A DNA stretch of 63,946 bases, counting the filler, from Stramenopiles sp. TOSAG23-3 (lineage: Eukaryota), in the NCBI GenBank assembly GCA_900128585.1. It is 11 parts of 11 records of this genome, joined end to end, with 100 filler letters (N's around TTAATTAATTAA, not from the genome) between each part and the next. Parts side by side here need not be neighbours in the genome. Positions count along the whole stretch, not along the records: positions 31,490 to 37,675 come from LT643367.1; positions 37,776 to 43,958 come from LT643368.1; 9 more parts are not named here. One strand, written 5' to 3'. Shown here in pieces: positions 31,613 through 42,628 of the stretch. Position numbers and translations under genes: made by a program. A model generated the notes under the pieces. That model made no database searches, was not told the DNA's origin, and saw only the letters and a program-made list of their open reading frames with translations. How positions within the stretch are numbered: position 1 is the first letter of the stretch; every line of letters begins with the position of its first letter.

Positions 31613-33664
31613 TTACAAGGAGACGAGCTTCCCAACGCTGTTCCCGGGCATCCCAAGAACTGGCTTACTACGAAGACTTGCTCCCAACGGGGGTTGTTTT
31701 GCAACACTCTCCACACCGATCAATGCCCCGGCGTTTGGTAAGCCATACGGGGAGTTCAATTTGACACCTTTTAACGGTTGTAAACCTTTCAAAGGCTTCA
31801 GCGGTTTCAACGTGCCCGTTTCAGGGATATTCTCATTTTCAATGCGGTCAACTCCCAAAAGGGCAGTGGAAGATTTTGACCGACTCATCCCAGGGTTAGT
31901 ATCATTCTCACTTCGCCGTGCAGAGCCTCCATTTTCTTCAACTTTGTTTGACGACTTTTTCTTCTTTCGCTTCTTCTTCTTCTTCTTGGTTTTTTTTGAA
32001 CTCGAGCTGTCACCAGAGGTCGGAGTCGCAGCGAAACTTTGCCCGTTTAACGACGGGAGGGAATTTGCGGACGGGGTTGTGGACGATGGAGTGGCGGGGT
32101 TGACCACATCCGATGCATCGACTTTGGGCTCTTCGTTTGTCGGCAAGTGTACTAGCGCATTCGCCGGCGACGGCCCTGCAATAATCTTGGAGGAGTCTAC
32201 TTCCGCACTATTCGATACCGTGGCGGCCTCTGGCATAGAGTCTTTGTTTTGTTGTTCGGCCGTGGCAGCCTCCTGCGTCACGTCTCTGTGCTGCTGGTCC
32301 ACCGTTTGCTGATTCTTGGATTTGTTTCCTTTAATTCGGTTTTTAATTTTATCCAGCGCGGGGCGTGGAACACCGTGGTCTTTCAGCTGAAGGTAGAACG
32401 GTTTGCCTTTTATCTCAAAGCCTCGTTTGCACGTGCGGATGGCATACTCGTAACCTTTCTCGTCGTTCGCCTGAAATGCGGGGAGCAGCAATTGGTGGAT
32501 AAGGTCTGCGATCTCGAAACCATCTACGGAGCTTTCGGGCGTGGTGAAACCTATTTCTGCGAGCAAACTTTTTTCTAAAATGTTCAACCGTGCCCGAACT
32601 GCAAGCGTAGCTTGACGGTTCTGAGAAAGTTCGTGCACATTTGGTACAGGTTTCAAAATCGCCTTAGCGACCCACCGCCGACCTTGAAGAGGTTTCCCTT
32701 GCCTGGACAGAAATACAAGCGCCTTACCGCTCTGCTTGAACATGTGCCTGTTGTTTTCACCTAGGCGGCGCACAATCGTCTCCGCAAGATTGCCCAAGAT
32801 AAGCCGACATTCTTCGTTGGCGGAAAAATCAGTCCCCGCCCTGTCGGACGTTGCAAACTCAAGGGCACTGAAAAATACATCAAATGCAAGCATCATAAGG
32901 TTCATGACCTGCTCCCCATGCCCAAGGACGTGGTTGACGATAGTGCATGTGGCGACAAAAACGTCCATCTTCGACACAGATGTCGAAGGATGCAGCACGG
33001 TAGTAGCGAGAGCCTCCTCCTCTGCTTCTACAGTTAGCTTGGCAAGAAGTAGGGCTTTTTCACGGCGCTCCCACTGCTCACTCAAAAGGTCATCCAGTAT
33101 GTTGGAGAAAACCCGCTCGATGGTGTCGATGTGGGGAGAAATGTGCTGGTACTTTTCTGGCGCAGATAGGTAGCTTGCGGCCGTTTCGTCTGCCTGTGCG
33201 AATTTAAGGTGTTCGATTGGGGACAATTCCTCCGAACGTTTCAACGGTTTCATTGACTCGGTGGGTTGCACATGCATTTCATCGAAGCGTCCGAGGGCCT
33301 TCATGGTCGTCGCGGAGGCCGGGGTGTCTGCGCTCGAAATGTCGTCCTCCCCTTCGCTGTCCAGTGCCTCAACGACTGGGGCAGCTTTCCCAAAACAACC
33401 GAGGATTTGCCATATGCTTTTTCTATACTTTGGCATGCCTGTTTTTTTACGAAGCATTGCCTTATCGCCTTCTTCCCGTCGCACTTTTCCGGCGGTACTC
33501 GGCACTCCGCTGGTTGGCGAGAATGGGCCGTACACTTGCATAGAAGAAGCCTGCTGCTTCGCTTCCCACTCCTGTTGGACTTTCGTTGCCTCGACGTTTA
33601 GGTGGGAACGTCTCCGTCGAACGGAGAGAGGATGTTCGCTTGTATCAAGTGCACTGTTGTTCAT
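31613..33664 (-). CDS. HEAT/TOG-domain protein (CEP104-like TOG) with low-complexity tail
   Basis: LLSEQWERREKAL, RRLGENNR and helical repeats resemble a TOG domain. ATG at 33664. Confidence 0.55.
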   Translation of the reverse strand: MNNSALDTSEHPLSVRRRRSHLNVEATKVQQEWEAKQQASSMQVYGPFSPTSGVPSTAGKVRREEGDKAMLRKKTGMPKYRKSIWQILGCFGKAAPVVEALDSEGEDDISSADTPASATTMKALGRFDEMHVQPTESMKPLKRSEELSPIEHLKFAQADETAASYLSAPEKYQHISPHIDTIERVFSNILDDLLSEQWERREKALLLAKLTVEAEEEALATTVLHPSTSVSKMDVFVATCTIVNHVLGHGEQVMNLMMLAFDVFFSALEFATSDRAGTDFSANEECRLILGNLAETIVRRLGENNRHMFKQSGKALVFLSRQGKPLQGRRWVAKAILKPVPNVHELSQNRQATLAVRARLNILEKSLLAEIGFTTPESSVDGFEIADLIHQLLLPAFQANDEKGYEYAIRTCKRGFEIKGKPFYLQLKDHGVPRPALDKIKNRIKGNKSKNQQTVDQQHRDVTQEAATAEQQNKDSMPEAATVSNSAEVDSSKIIAGPSPANALVHLPTNEEPKVDASDVVNPATPSSTTPSANSLPSLNGQSFAATPTSGDSSSSKKTKKKKKKRKKKKSSNKVEENGGSARRSENDTNPGMSRSKSSTALLGVDRIENENIPETGTLKPLKPLKGLQPLKGVKLNSPYGLPNAGALIGVESVAKQPPLGASLRSKPVLGMPGNSVGKLVSL

Positions 33665-34253
33665 GGCAATAAATATGTGAATGTAGAAGCAGCGGCGAGT
33701 ATATTTTGGCGAACACAAAAAGCGAGCAAAGTATGTATAGTGTAAGCAAAAAAAGTCTGTTTGCAGGTTTCACCGATGATCAATCGAAAGAAGTGACGAC
33801 TGTACGAGTATAACCTCCACAAAATATTATTATTCAAAATCAACGATAGATTAACTTTTAAGAAAGAACTATTACTCAACTGTTAGATTGATTAACATTT
33901 ATATTCGTTTCGTTTTTGTTTTTGTTTTGTTTTTGTTTTTGTTTTGTCTTGAACCTTGAATCTCATGTATATTATAAATTAAAAAAACGCGAAAGAAAGA
34001 AAGAAAGAAAGAAAGAAGAAGAAAAGGGGGCGCCGGGGGGTCGGCCGGCCGGGGGGGTCGGTGGGGGGCCCATCTTCTTCTTTTTTAATTTGTTATTTCT
34101 ATATACTGTGGCTTTGTTATCAATAAATAAAATAGGCGTTGAAATTCTTCTTCATTTTTTTAATTCCTATGCTATGTTTATGTTAATTTACTTTTTTAAA
34201 ATTCTTTTTTAATGGGTATGATGAATGATATAATAATACCAAGGAATCACTAA

Positions 34254-34461
34254 AAGAAAGAAAGAAAGAAGAAGAAGAAAGAAAGAAAGAAAGAAAGAAT
34301 AAAACAAGAAGAAGAAGAAGAAGAAGAAGAAGAAAGAAAGAAAGGAAAGAAAGAAGAAGAAAGAAAGAGAAGAAAGAAAGAAGAAGAAGAAGAAAAGAAG
34401 AAAAGAAAGAAAAAGAAAGAAAGAAAGAAAGAAAGAAAAAGATAGAAAGAAAGAAAGAAAC
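34254..34461. repeat. (GAAA)n/(GAA)n polypurine tract
   Basis: Direct. Similar tracts at 25200-25305 and (CTTT)n at 44059-44160. Confidence 0.9.
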
Positions 34462-34767
34462 AAGAGGACTATGTATACTTGTGGTATTTAATGAATTCGC
34501 GTATTTTTGATATTTTCCCTACTGTTCCATGTACTTGTTCTTCTGAAATAGAATTGAATAATACAGATAGGAATATATTTATATTAATTAAAGTTAAAAA
34601 GTATAGTTAAATTAAAGAATGGATTGATCGTGTCCATCAGTTAGGGAGGACACATCATGGAAATGCATCCTAACGTTCTTCTATGATTTTGTATTCAAAT
34701 AGGCATTTGTAATTATAAGACTATTTTATGTTAAGTATTATATATAATATTAAGGATTATTATTCTC

Positions 34768-37675
34768 TTAAAAGTCCTTGTCCCACCCAGAGTTGTCTTC
34801 AAACCGTGTTCCAACGTATGGCTGAATTTCATCGTCGTCATCGTACGGGTCGAAATTGGTGTGATCGTCTTGCCCCTTTAGTGGAGGCTTCCACGGCGCT
34901 ACGTATTCTTTTGCAAGGAGGGCAGAGAATTGGAACGGTGACTTTGGAGTCAAGGTCTCCATGTCCCTTTTCAACTGCCCTGCGCCGTCTTTCATGCAGC
35001 CCCCGCGCTTCCTTTCGTCCTTCGTCAGCATGAGACGAATGAGCTTTCCGATTCTGCTGCTTCCGGACTTGTCCCCCCGTCCTGGGTTGACAAATTTTCC
35101 TCTCACAATGTTTCGCAAGATTTCCTGGTGTTTGTTGGGGTCCTGGTCTGGTCCACAGAAAGGCGAGTGAAGGAAGAGCATCTCAAACATGAGCACACCC
35201 AGGGCCCAGTAGTCGACACCTTTTCCATGCCCCTTGCTGGTCACGAGTTCGGGGGAGAGGTACTCGGGCGTGCCGCACAGGGTGTACGATCGCCCCGTGA
35301 TGACTTTTGCAAACCCAAAGTCGATGATTTTCCCATACCCGTCGCTGTCGATCAGAAGGTTCTCCGGCTTCAGGTCTCGGAAACAGATATGCTTGTCGTG
35401 CAGAAACGCGAGCCCATCGAGGACGCAGGCGCCGTAGAACCTAGTCTCCGTCACCGTCAGCCCTGTGGTGCGGTTGCGGCAGTGCAGGAAGGTGAACAGC
35501 TCGCCCCCCATGCACTTTTCTAGAAGCATGTACACGCAAAACTTGTCCTGGTAGGTGTTGACCAGTTTCAAAATGAAGGGATGGTCGGCTTGTACCATAA
35601 TGTCCCGCTCATTTTGGACATTCTTTTGCTGCATAAACTCGACAATCTTCGCCTTTTGCATGCGCTTCAGCGCGAAGGTTTCGCCGGAGGCCGTGTCTTT
35701 CACCAAGGCCACCCGCCCGAAGGTCCCTGACCCCAGCATCGCGATCTCTTTCAAATTGCGAAACTTGATTTTCTTCCCCCGTTCCCTTTCCTTTTTGGCC
35801 ATTTCTCTCCGTTTCCTTTCCATCTCCAGCACTTCCTTGTACGCCCCGCCCACGTGGCGGACAAAGTCTTGTCTAGACACGTAGAAAACATCCGTCTTTT
35901 CCAGGCACGTCACGGTGGCGACTCGTTCCCCCGTGCTGGCCTCGTCCAGGGCCTCCTCCCCGAAGAACTTCCCACCCTCGAGCACGGCCATGTCCCCCCC
36001 TCCTGCAGACGAAACTTGGACCTTGCCCTCACGGATAGTGTAAAACTCCCAGCCGACCTCCCCCTCGGTGGTGACCACGTCCCCCTGTTGAAACGTCCTG
36101 TTCCTGAAGGCTGGGAACAAATTGGTGCGGTGCATTTCGCCCATGCCACTGAAAAACTCAACTTCGGCGAGAAACCGGCGACGAAAGTTAACCTCCATTA
36201 ATTCTTTCAAGTCTCCTACGTACTTCAGCAAGTCTTTCTTTATCAGCGTGATGCATGTTGCGTCGGTCACCGCCGTGGCCGTCGCCGCGCGCGGCTCGTT
36301 GGTGATCAGGGCTCGCTCCCCAAAGTAGTGTAGTTCGGATTCCGGGGTGATCTGCGAAGTGGCGTCGCTTCCGCCGCCGAAGTCGCTGAACTCGATGGTC
36401 CCTGCGGTCAAGAAGTAGAACGTTTCCGCGTCTGCCCCCGACTCCCCCTTCTTGACGATCGTTGTCCCTTTCTCAAAACTTGTCTCCACGGTGCAGGAGG
36501 CCAGTGCTACCAACTGCTCTTCGGAAAGAGTTTGGAACATTTTGCAGGTTTTGAGGGCCCGGACGGTCCGCTCCCCTTCCTTCTTGTACCCGTGGGTAAC
36601 AGTGAACTGGAACGTTGCCCGGTCGATTCGCCAGCACTTGCACCCTTCCGCGCCGGCCTTGACTGTTGCATTTCTTGGTTTTGCCATGTAAAGGGCCACG
36701 TCCCCGAACATTCCCCCGCCGCAGTAGTGGTACACGTCCGTACCGTCTACAAAGACGTGCGCCTCTCCCGACTGCAAGATGTAGGCATAGTCGGCATCCT
36801 TGTCACCCTGGCGAATGATCACTTCCCCGCCCTTGAAGCTGGCGGCTTCAAAAGCGTCGACTACTTGGTCCAGTTGTTCCCCTCCCAGCTCCTTCAACAA
36901 GTCGCTCTTCAGCAGCTCTGTACGAATCAACTCGGCCTCCTTCGGTGATTTCGGGTACGTTTTGTACTCGAAGTCGTCGGGCAGCCCTTGCCCTATGAGT
37001 TGAATTCCACGGATCTTCTCTTTCTTCTCTTTCAACTTTCTTTGGGATTGTTGCTCGCCAGATTCGCGCTTCATGTTCTGGAAGGTCATGTTTGGTAATT
37101 CGAAGTTCGACCTTCGCGCTTCCTTTTCTCCGTCCAGCCCATCCGGCGCTGCCGCATTTTTGGACCTGATGAAGCTGTCTTGAATACTAGAGCTGTCTCT
37201 AGAAATTTTGGCGTCCTCGATATCGTCTTCAATGTTAAATTTTACCGAGTCGAGACCTGTCATTACCATGGATTTGCGCCTAGCCGTATGACGGGACAGG
37301 ATGAATGCTCTCTGGGCAGTGATAGTTTGCTCGTACAAACAAAGGATCGCGCCAACGACCAGGGGCAATACGCGCACGGCGTCCAGGGTGATTGCTTGTG
37401 GCCCAAGATTTACCATCCCCGCGATGAGAGCGTACAGCCCCGTCACAACTAAAATAATCGAACCTTTCAACATGTCCGGCACGATCCACAGGGCTTGGGT
37501 CTGAAATACGAACACATTTAATGCAAACATTGCGTAGTACGTGCAAACCTGGGTGATGGACTCAAACTCTTTGCTATCGCACGGCGTATTAGTAGTGGCA
37601 TTGTAAGTTGCTGTCATTTCACAGACGGTCGTGTTCCAAGTGCCGTCAGCAATATCACCATTTTCAAGAATGTCA
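34768..37675 (-). CDS. PKG-architecture cyclic-nucleotide-dependent kinase (3 cNMP-binding domains + AGC kinase) with N-terminal TM segments; 5' truncated
   Basis: FGDVAL..PRNAT, FGERAL..PRAAT, FGEEAL..RVAT; GSGTFGRV, RDLKPEN, DFG, TLCGTPEY, C-terminal NFD. The frame stays open from ATG 37617 to the contig edge. Confidence 0.92.
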
Positions 37676-38217
37676 NNNNNNNNNNNNNNNNNNNNNNNNN
37701 NNNNNNNNNNNNNNNNNNNTTAATTAATTAANNNNNNNNNNNNNNNNNNNNNNNNNNNNNNNNNNNNNNNNNNNNGGATGCAACATTTTTGTCGTTCATC
37801 TCCAGCTGCAACAAAATTTACAAAATTCTGAATGGACGTTGTTGATGCTATCCCGATGTAAGCGAAGAAAAAATTAAGAATTTTAGAAAGTATTCTGGTC
37901 AATCCGAAGAATAGGGTCTACAAAAAAGTTGTACTTGTAATAATGTGTCTAATAGGAAGTACAGATCTGTAGTCTAGATGGAAGTGAAGTCGGTTCAGTC
38001 AGTTCAACAAAATCAGGATGGATGATGAGGATGGAAAGAAAGAAAGAACTAAATAAAAAAGGAATGAACTGTTTGTGTGGATGGTTTTCTTCTCCTCTTT
38101 TTCTTCCTTTCTTTCTTTCTTCTTCTCTCTCTTTCATTCTCTCTTTCTTCTATTTCATTTCAACTTTTTTCAGTGGGGTCAGTTCTATGCCTGAGATTTA
38201 AAACTGATAGTTTTGGG

Positions 38218-38271
38218 GTTGGAAAAGAAAGATTTTCACCTGCTGTTGGAAAAGAAAGATTTTCACCTGCT
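38218..38271. repeat. 27-bp perfect tandem duplication
   Basis: gttggaaaagaaagattttcacctgct x2, just upstream of ATG 38300. Confidence 0.9.
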
Positions 38272-38299
38272 TCATGCGATCCGGTGGAAGAATATTATA

Positions 38300-40290
38300 A
38301 TGTCTGAGTGTACCTTTGACGAGAACGACCCGTTAGGAAGTCCGTTTGTGTATTATTATCCCAACAAGACAGTTATTAAAACGGGGCGCTTGATAGCTAT
38401 TAGTGGTTATGATAAGCCGGTATGCATTTTTCAGACAGACGCTTGTTTGCCGGATCACAAGGGGGGGGCATGTTGCAACACAACGGACGCCATTGATTCG
38501 CTGGCCCAGGTGTGGTATTTTCCTATGATATTTTTTGCGGTACCATATGTTATTTTGAACGTTTTGCGGAAGAAGCGTGCTGCAGCGTATGCGAAAAAAG
38601 CAGTCACCGAGACTGGGGTTCCCCAAGCGTCGAGCGCCTGGAGCGAAACACTCAGGGGGCTCTCTAAGTGTAAGAAAGCGTTAATGGGTACTCTTTTCCT
38701 CGCTGGGATCATCGCGTCGGTTCAAGAGCGGGTAATAATGACTCGGTCCATACAAGCAACACTTCTCCCAACGGACAGAGCTTCGCAGATGGCAATGTCT
38801 GCGGTCCTGACGCCGATCGAGGAAATATTTGCGTTTCTGGAGGATACGATGAATGTAAAAGTTGGTTATGCGCTTGCATCATGCCGATACCAAGACATGA
38901 ACGCACTTATAAACAATTGGTGGGCTCATCTGTGGCACTCTTGCGTTTTTGCTCGCGCTTCTGCTCACTTTGAATGACTCGATGGCTGGGGCGCTGCTAA
39001 ACCCGTCGGAAAGCAGCAACCGAGCGCTGATTGACCAAGGCTGTCGGCTGGTTCCTACTACGGAAGAACTGCTAAACAATGCCAAAGTGTACTTTGTATT
39101 GTCCGCCAGTACATGGATACCATCGTTCATGGGAAAAGGGCTGACAGGGTTCTACATGGGCACCGCGGAACTTGTCCCGTATTTGTTCCAGATAGTTGTT
39201 GCTGCCAGTGTCCCCATTGGAATATGGTTCGGTTTGTTGGGAAATGCAAGTGTATACCCGTTGACCGCGTTGGCCTTGGCGTACACTGTCCCCGCGTTTC
39301 TCAACACTGCGATGATGTTTGGGTACCTTGTGTGCAAAACGTCCATTCGGGAGAAATTTAAGATCCGCTGCCTATGCTGTGACGTTATTCGAAGTCAACC
39401 CAGTAACAGGGACGAGGGCAAGAGTTATGGTGCCATACAGAGAGGCGAAAGCGACGGGTTTTCCAGGGAAAGGTTCTTTGAGCTAGTAAGGGAGTGTGCT
39501 GTTGAAGGGTTTCAGCTGATGGTTGTCGACGTTACCATCCAGCTGAGCGGGTCCCTAACCAACTACATCGCTGCATCGGATCATTTTGAGATCGCTTACA
39601 AATTGGGGGCGGCCGAATCTGCCTACTGGAGCTTCGGACCAAGCTGGTTGATGGGTTCGATGATGTTCTTCAAGCTCCTTGGGGCGTCTATGATTGCAAA
39701 TGGGCGCTATACTTTTTCGCGGTTTCTTTTACAGCGTTGGCTTTCTAACTTTGTCCCTAAGCATTGGGGCAATCGTCGCGGCGGCAATGAAGAAACAGTA
39801 TGTCGCCTTTGAATACGGGGCCAGTGCATGCATCTACGCCTCGCAGGAGAAGTGTGCGTCCTCGTACGCTTCAATCTTTCAAGGCTCGGATGATTTGTCA
39901 ACACTGTTTGAATACTTTGGGCCAACCGTAGGTTTGAATCTATTCTTTATCTTTTTGAGAGCATCGCTGATGACATGCCATGACTTTCATTACATTGCAA
40001 AAACAGCGACTGCCTCGTTTTTCGTTGTATACCTACCCGCCCTATTCCTTGCCAAGTTCGTCTTCAAGTCCGCAATTAGTTACTATGTTGCACTCTATAT
40101 TCCGCACTTTGCGCTTATTTTTGTGTTCGGGCTTCGAATGAAAAAACATCTGCATTGCATGGAGGAGGGGATCGATGGTCCTTGGACACCCCACACGAGA
40201 AAGATGAGCAATGTAGCGGGAGATGAGAACCATCAAGAAGTGGCTGAATTGTTCGGGGACAAAGACGAGATGGAAAAACCATTGCTTTGA
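38300..40290 (+). pseudogene. Multi-TM MATE-like transporter split by two +1 frameshifts (pseudogene or assembly error)
   Basis: Three overlapping ORFs (to 38977, 38949-39812, 39694-40290) join into one hydrophobic protein if shifted near 38915 and 39712. IEEIFAFLE...VGYALA resembles MATE/DinF. Confidence 0.6.
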
Positions 40291-40395
40291 AAGCAAAAAA
40301 AGGAGCGTTTGTTTTTGTTTGCATGGATTCAACCGGCCGCATCTATCATTAAAAAAACAAATTTATAATGTAGTATGATCACAAGATATTTCTTT

Positions 40396-40495
40396 TAAAA
40401 ACAAGAAAATTGGCTGTGTTATTTAATTATTTCTTTTTAAGACTCTCGTTTTATAAAAACAAGAAAATTGGCTGTTATTTTAAGTACTGCGAACT
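40396..40495 (+). repeat. Dispersed non-coding element, two tandem copies
   Basis: taaaaacaagaaaattggctgtgttatttaa (40396-40426) and taaaaacaagaaaattggctgttattttaagtactgcgaact (40454-40495). Confidence 0.8.
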
Positions 40496-40702
40496 CATTT
40501 TATAATCAATTACGATTTCAATTCCAACCCAATCCTAACTTGATCAGTTTAAAAGCAAAGAAAATTGAAATGTTTTAAATTGATTTTTTAATTTCGTTTT
40601 TCGTTAATAATATTTTATTGCTGGGTGTCTTTTGCGATGTTTGCTCCGTTACTAGTATCATTTTAGTATAGAGGTAAATAACACCGCACCACCCCCCTTT
40701 GC

Positions 40703-42181
40703 TCACCGTTTCTTCATCCACGTATTTCTATCGCTTTTGTACTTCAGCTTTGGTTGTCGTTTGATTTTCCGCTTCTTGATGTCGTCTAAGATAATCTTTA
40801 ATTCTGTCATGGATGTGTCCAGTTCAAGGTGACTGCTGACAGACAAATCTGCCAATTCCCCCCTCTTCAATTCCGCAAGGTCAACGGAATCCTGAAAATA
40901 GGCTGGGTAGTAAAACCTTTTCTTTCGCTTTGATTGTATCGTCTGCGGGGAAAGTGACTGCATTTCTTTTTCTATATCGTACTCTCTAAAGTGGTTGTCG
41001 TCTATGTCTTGCTCTGTCGCCATTTGCCCGTCTTTATCATTCCGTACCCAGTAGTAGCTATCTAATCGCGCGTGCGATAGCTCAGCTGCAGTACTCTTAA
41101 TCGGGTCGTCCGTGAAGTTCGGCTTAAACAGCGTAAAATATGGGTGGGAAGGATGGGAGGATGGCGAAAGAAAAGTGGGAACATCGCAATTGTATATTGG
41201 TTTTTCTATTGGCGGCAACGGGGTGGCAATTTTCTCCCTTAAGTCGAACATTTCCCGAAATTCTTGCTGGGAGAGCAAAAGTTCTCTGCGCACTTCCTGC
41301 TTGGATCGCAACAGAGACGTCAATCTATTCATTGATTTCAATATTCGCAACTCGTCCGGCACCGGGCGCGATGAGGCTCGTGAACCCCTAGAACTTCCGT
41401 AACGGTAGGATGCTCTGCTGTTGGCCCGGCTGGCCGAGCCACGGCTATATGCCCGGCTGGGAGACCCCCGGCTGTACGAACGGTCGGTGGACTCCCGAGT
41501 GGAAATTTTTCTAGATGCTATCTTGTCCCTAAAGGACATTCTGGATGGCGAATCTCGCCCCTCGTTGTTGATGGGAGACATTGGAGGCAGCGAAGGCTCG
41601 GAATGGCTCTCACAAAACAATTTTGAAAACTCCTGCCTCAACTCTACATTAGTCGTTTTTGCTTTGCGTACCGCGCTTTTGTCGAACGCGTCTGTATCGC
41701 AGGTGCTGACCCTGACGTTGTAGGAATTACCCTGCCCCAGCGATATAGTAACCTGCAGGTCGCGTTCTATTGCCGGCATTTTTTCCATGCTCATGGAAAT
41801 TGGAAGGTCGACGCTGAACATTGAAATGTTTTTTGTGGTGTTCACAGAGATATCCGTGCTTTGCGGGTGATCGGTTATCCAAGGGAGAACGTCGTTCCCA
41901 TCTCTATAATTGGCATCTTTCTGCTTCCGTTCTTTCTTTTGCTTTCCACTTTTATTTTGCGTTTTCCCTTTCAAAGAGACCCCTTGAATTCCCAGGTCCA
42001 CCAGACCCTTTGCTACAGGAACGACAATAGGGTCGGTATGAATTTGTTTCCTAAGATTGCCGGCCTCTCCGCCTTTCGGTTCTGGGGACAACGAGGGCAT
42101 TGCGCCTGCTATTATATTCCCAGTGGTTGAAATAGCAGAGCAATTTCTTTTCTTTTTCTTCCTCTTTTGTTGTAAAATCAT
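40703..42181 (-). CDS. Hypothetical, largely disordered basic protein with SRxS repeats
   Basis: ~490-aa ORF with coding-like composition; YSRGSPSRAYSRGSASRANSRAS repeat; no family recognised. Start uncertain. Confidence 0.65.
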   Translation of the reverse strand: MILQQKRKKKKRNCSAISTTGNIIAGAMPSLSPEPKGGEAGNLRKQIHTDPIVVPVAKGLVDLGIQGVSLKGKTQNKSGKQKKERKQKDANYRDGNDVLPWITDHPQSTDISVNTTKNISMFSVDLPISMSMEKMPAIERDLQVTISLGQGNSYNVRVSTCDTDAFDKSAVRKAKTTNVELRQEFSKLFCESHSEPSLPPMSPINNEGRDSPSRMSFRDKIASRKISTRESTDRSYSRGSPSRAYSRGSASRANSRASYRYGSSRGSRASSRPVPDELRILKSMNRLTSLLRSKQEVRRELLLSQQEFREMFDLREKIATPLPPIEKPIYNCDVPTFLSPSSHPSHPYFTLFKPNFTDDPIKSTAAELSHARLDSYYWVRNDKDGQMATEQDIDDNHFREYDIEKEMQSLSPQTIQSKRKKRFYYPAYFQDSVDLAELKRGELADLSVSSHLELDTSMTELKIILDDIKKRKIKRQPKLKYKSDRNTWMKKR

Positions 42182-42628
42182 TTCGACCGTCCTCTTCTGT
42201 ATAGTAGTTTCCAACCGTAACGAATTCGTATAAAATAATATCTTGAGATCTGAACAAGCTGATGATGATGAAGAGGAAGATTGATAGAAGATTGAGAGAG
42301 AGGAAAAGAAGAAAAACAGGCTGAGATATATTACACCATCTTGAATTAAGGATAAAATTATATTATATATTATACTTATTAATTACAATAAATATATGAT
42401 ATATTTGAATGGTACTGTATATGTATGTATTATAGTTCCTTAATTATTGTAGTGATGTACTTCGTATTCCAATATTTATTTCATAACGGATTTTAGATTT
42501 TGTTGTGATTTTGGGCATTCTCTCTACAGTAGAACGTATAATAATTTAAATTATTAAGGGTACTTATTATTTTAGTTAGTAGCATTCACAAACAACAAAA
42601 CACTTAATTGAATATAACAGCCACCAAT

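Noticed and set aside
6599-37675. Apparent cyclic-nucleotide signalling cluster (cyclase, RIIAD1, PKG-like kinase)
   Set aside because: The genes lie on different contigs, so co-occurrence in the window is not linkage.
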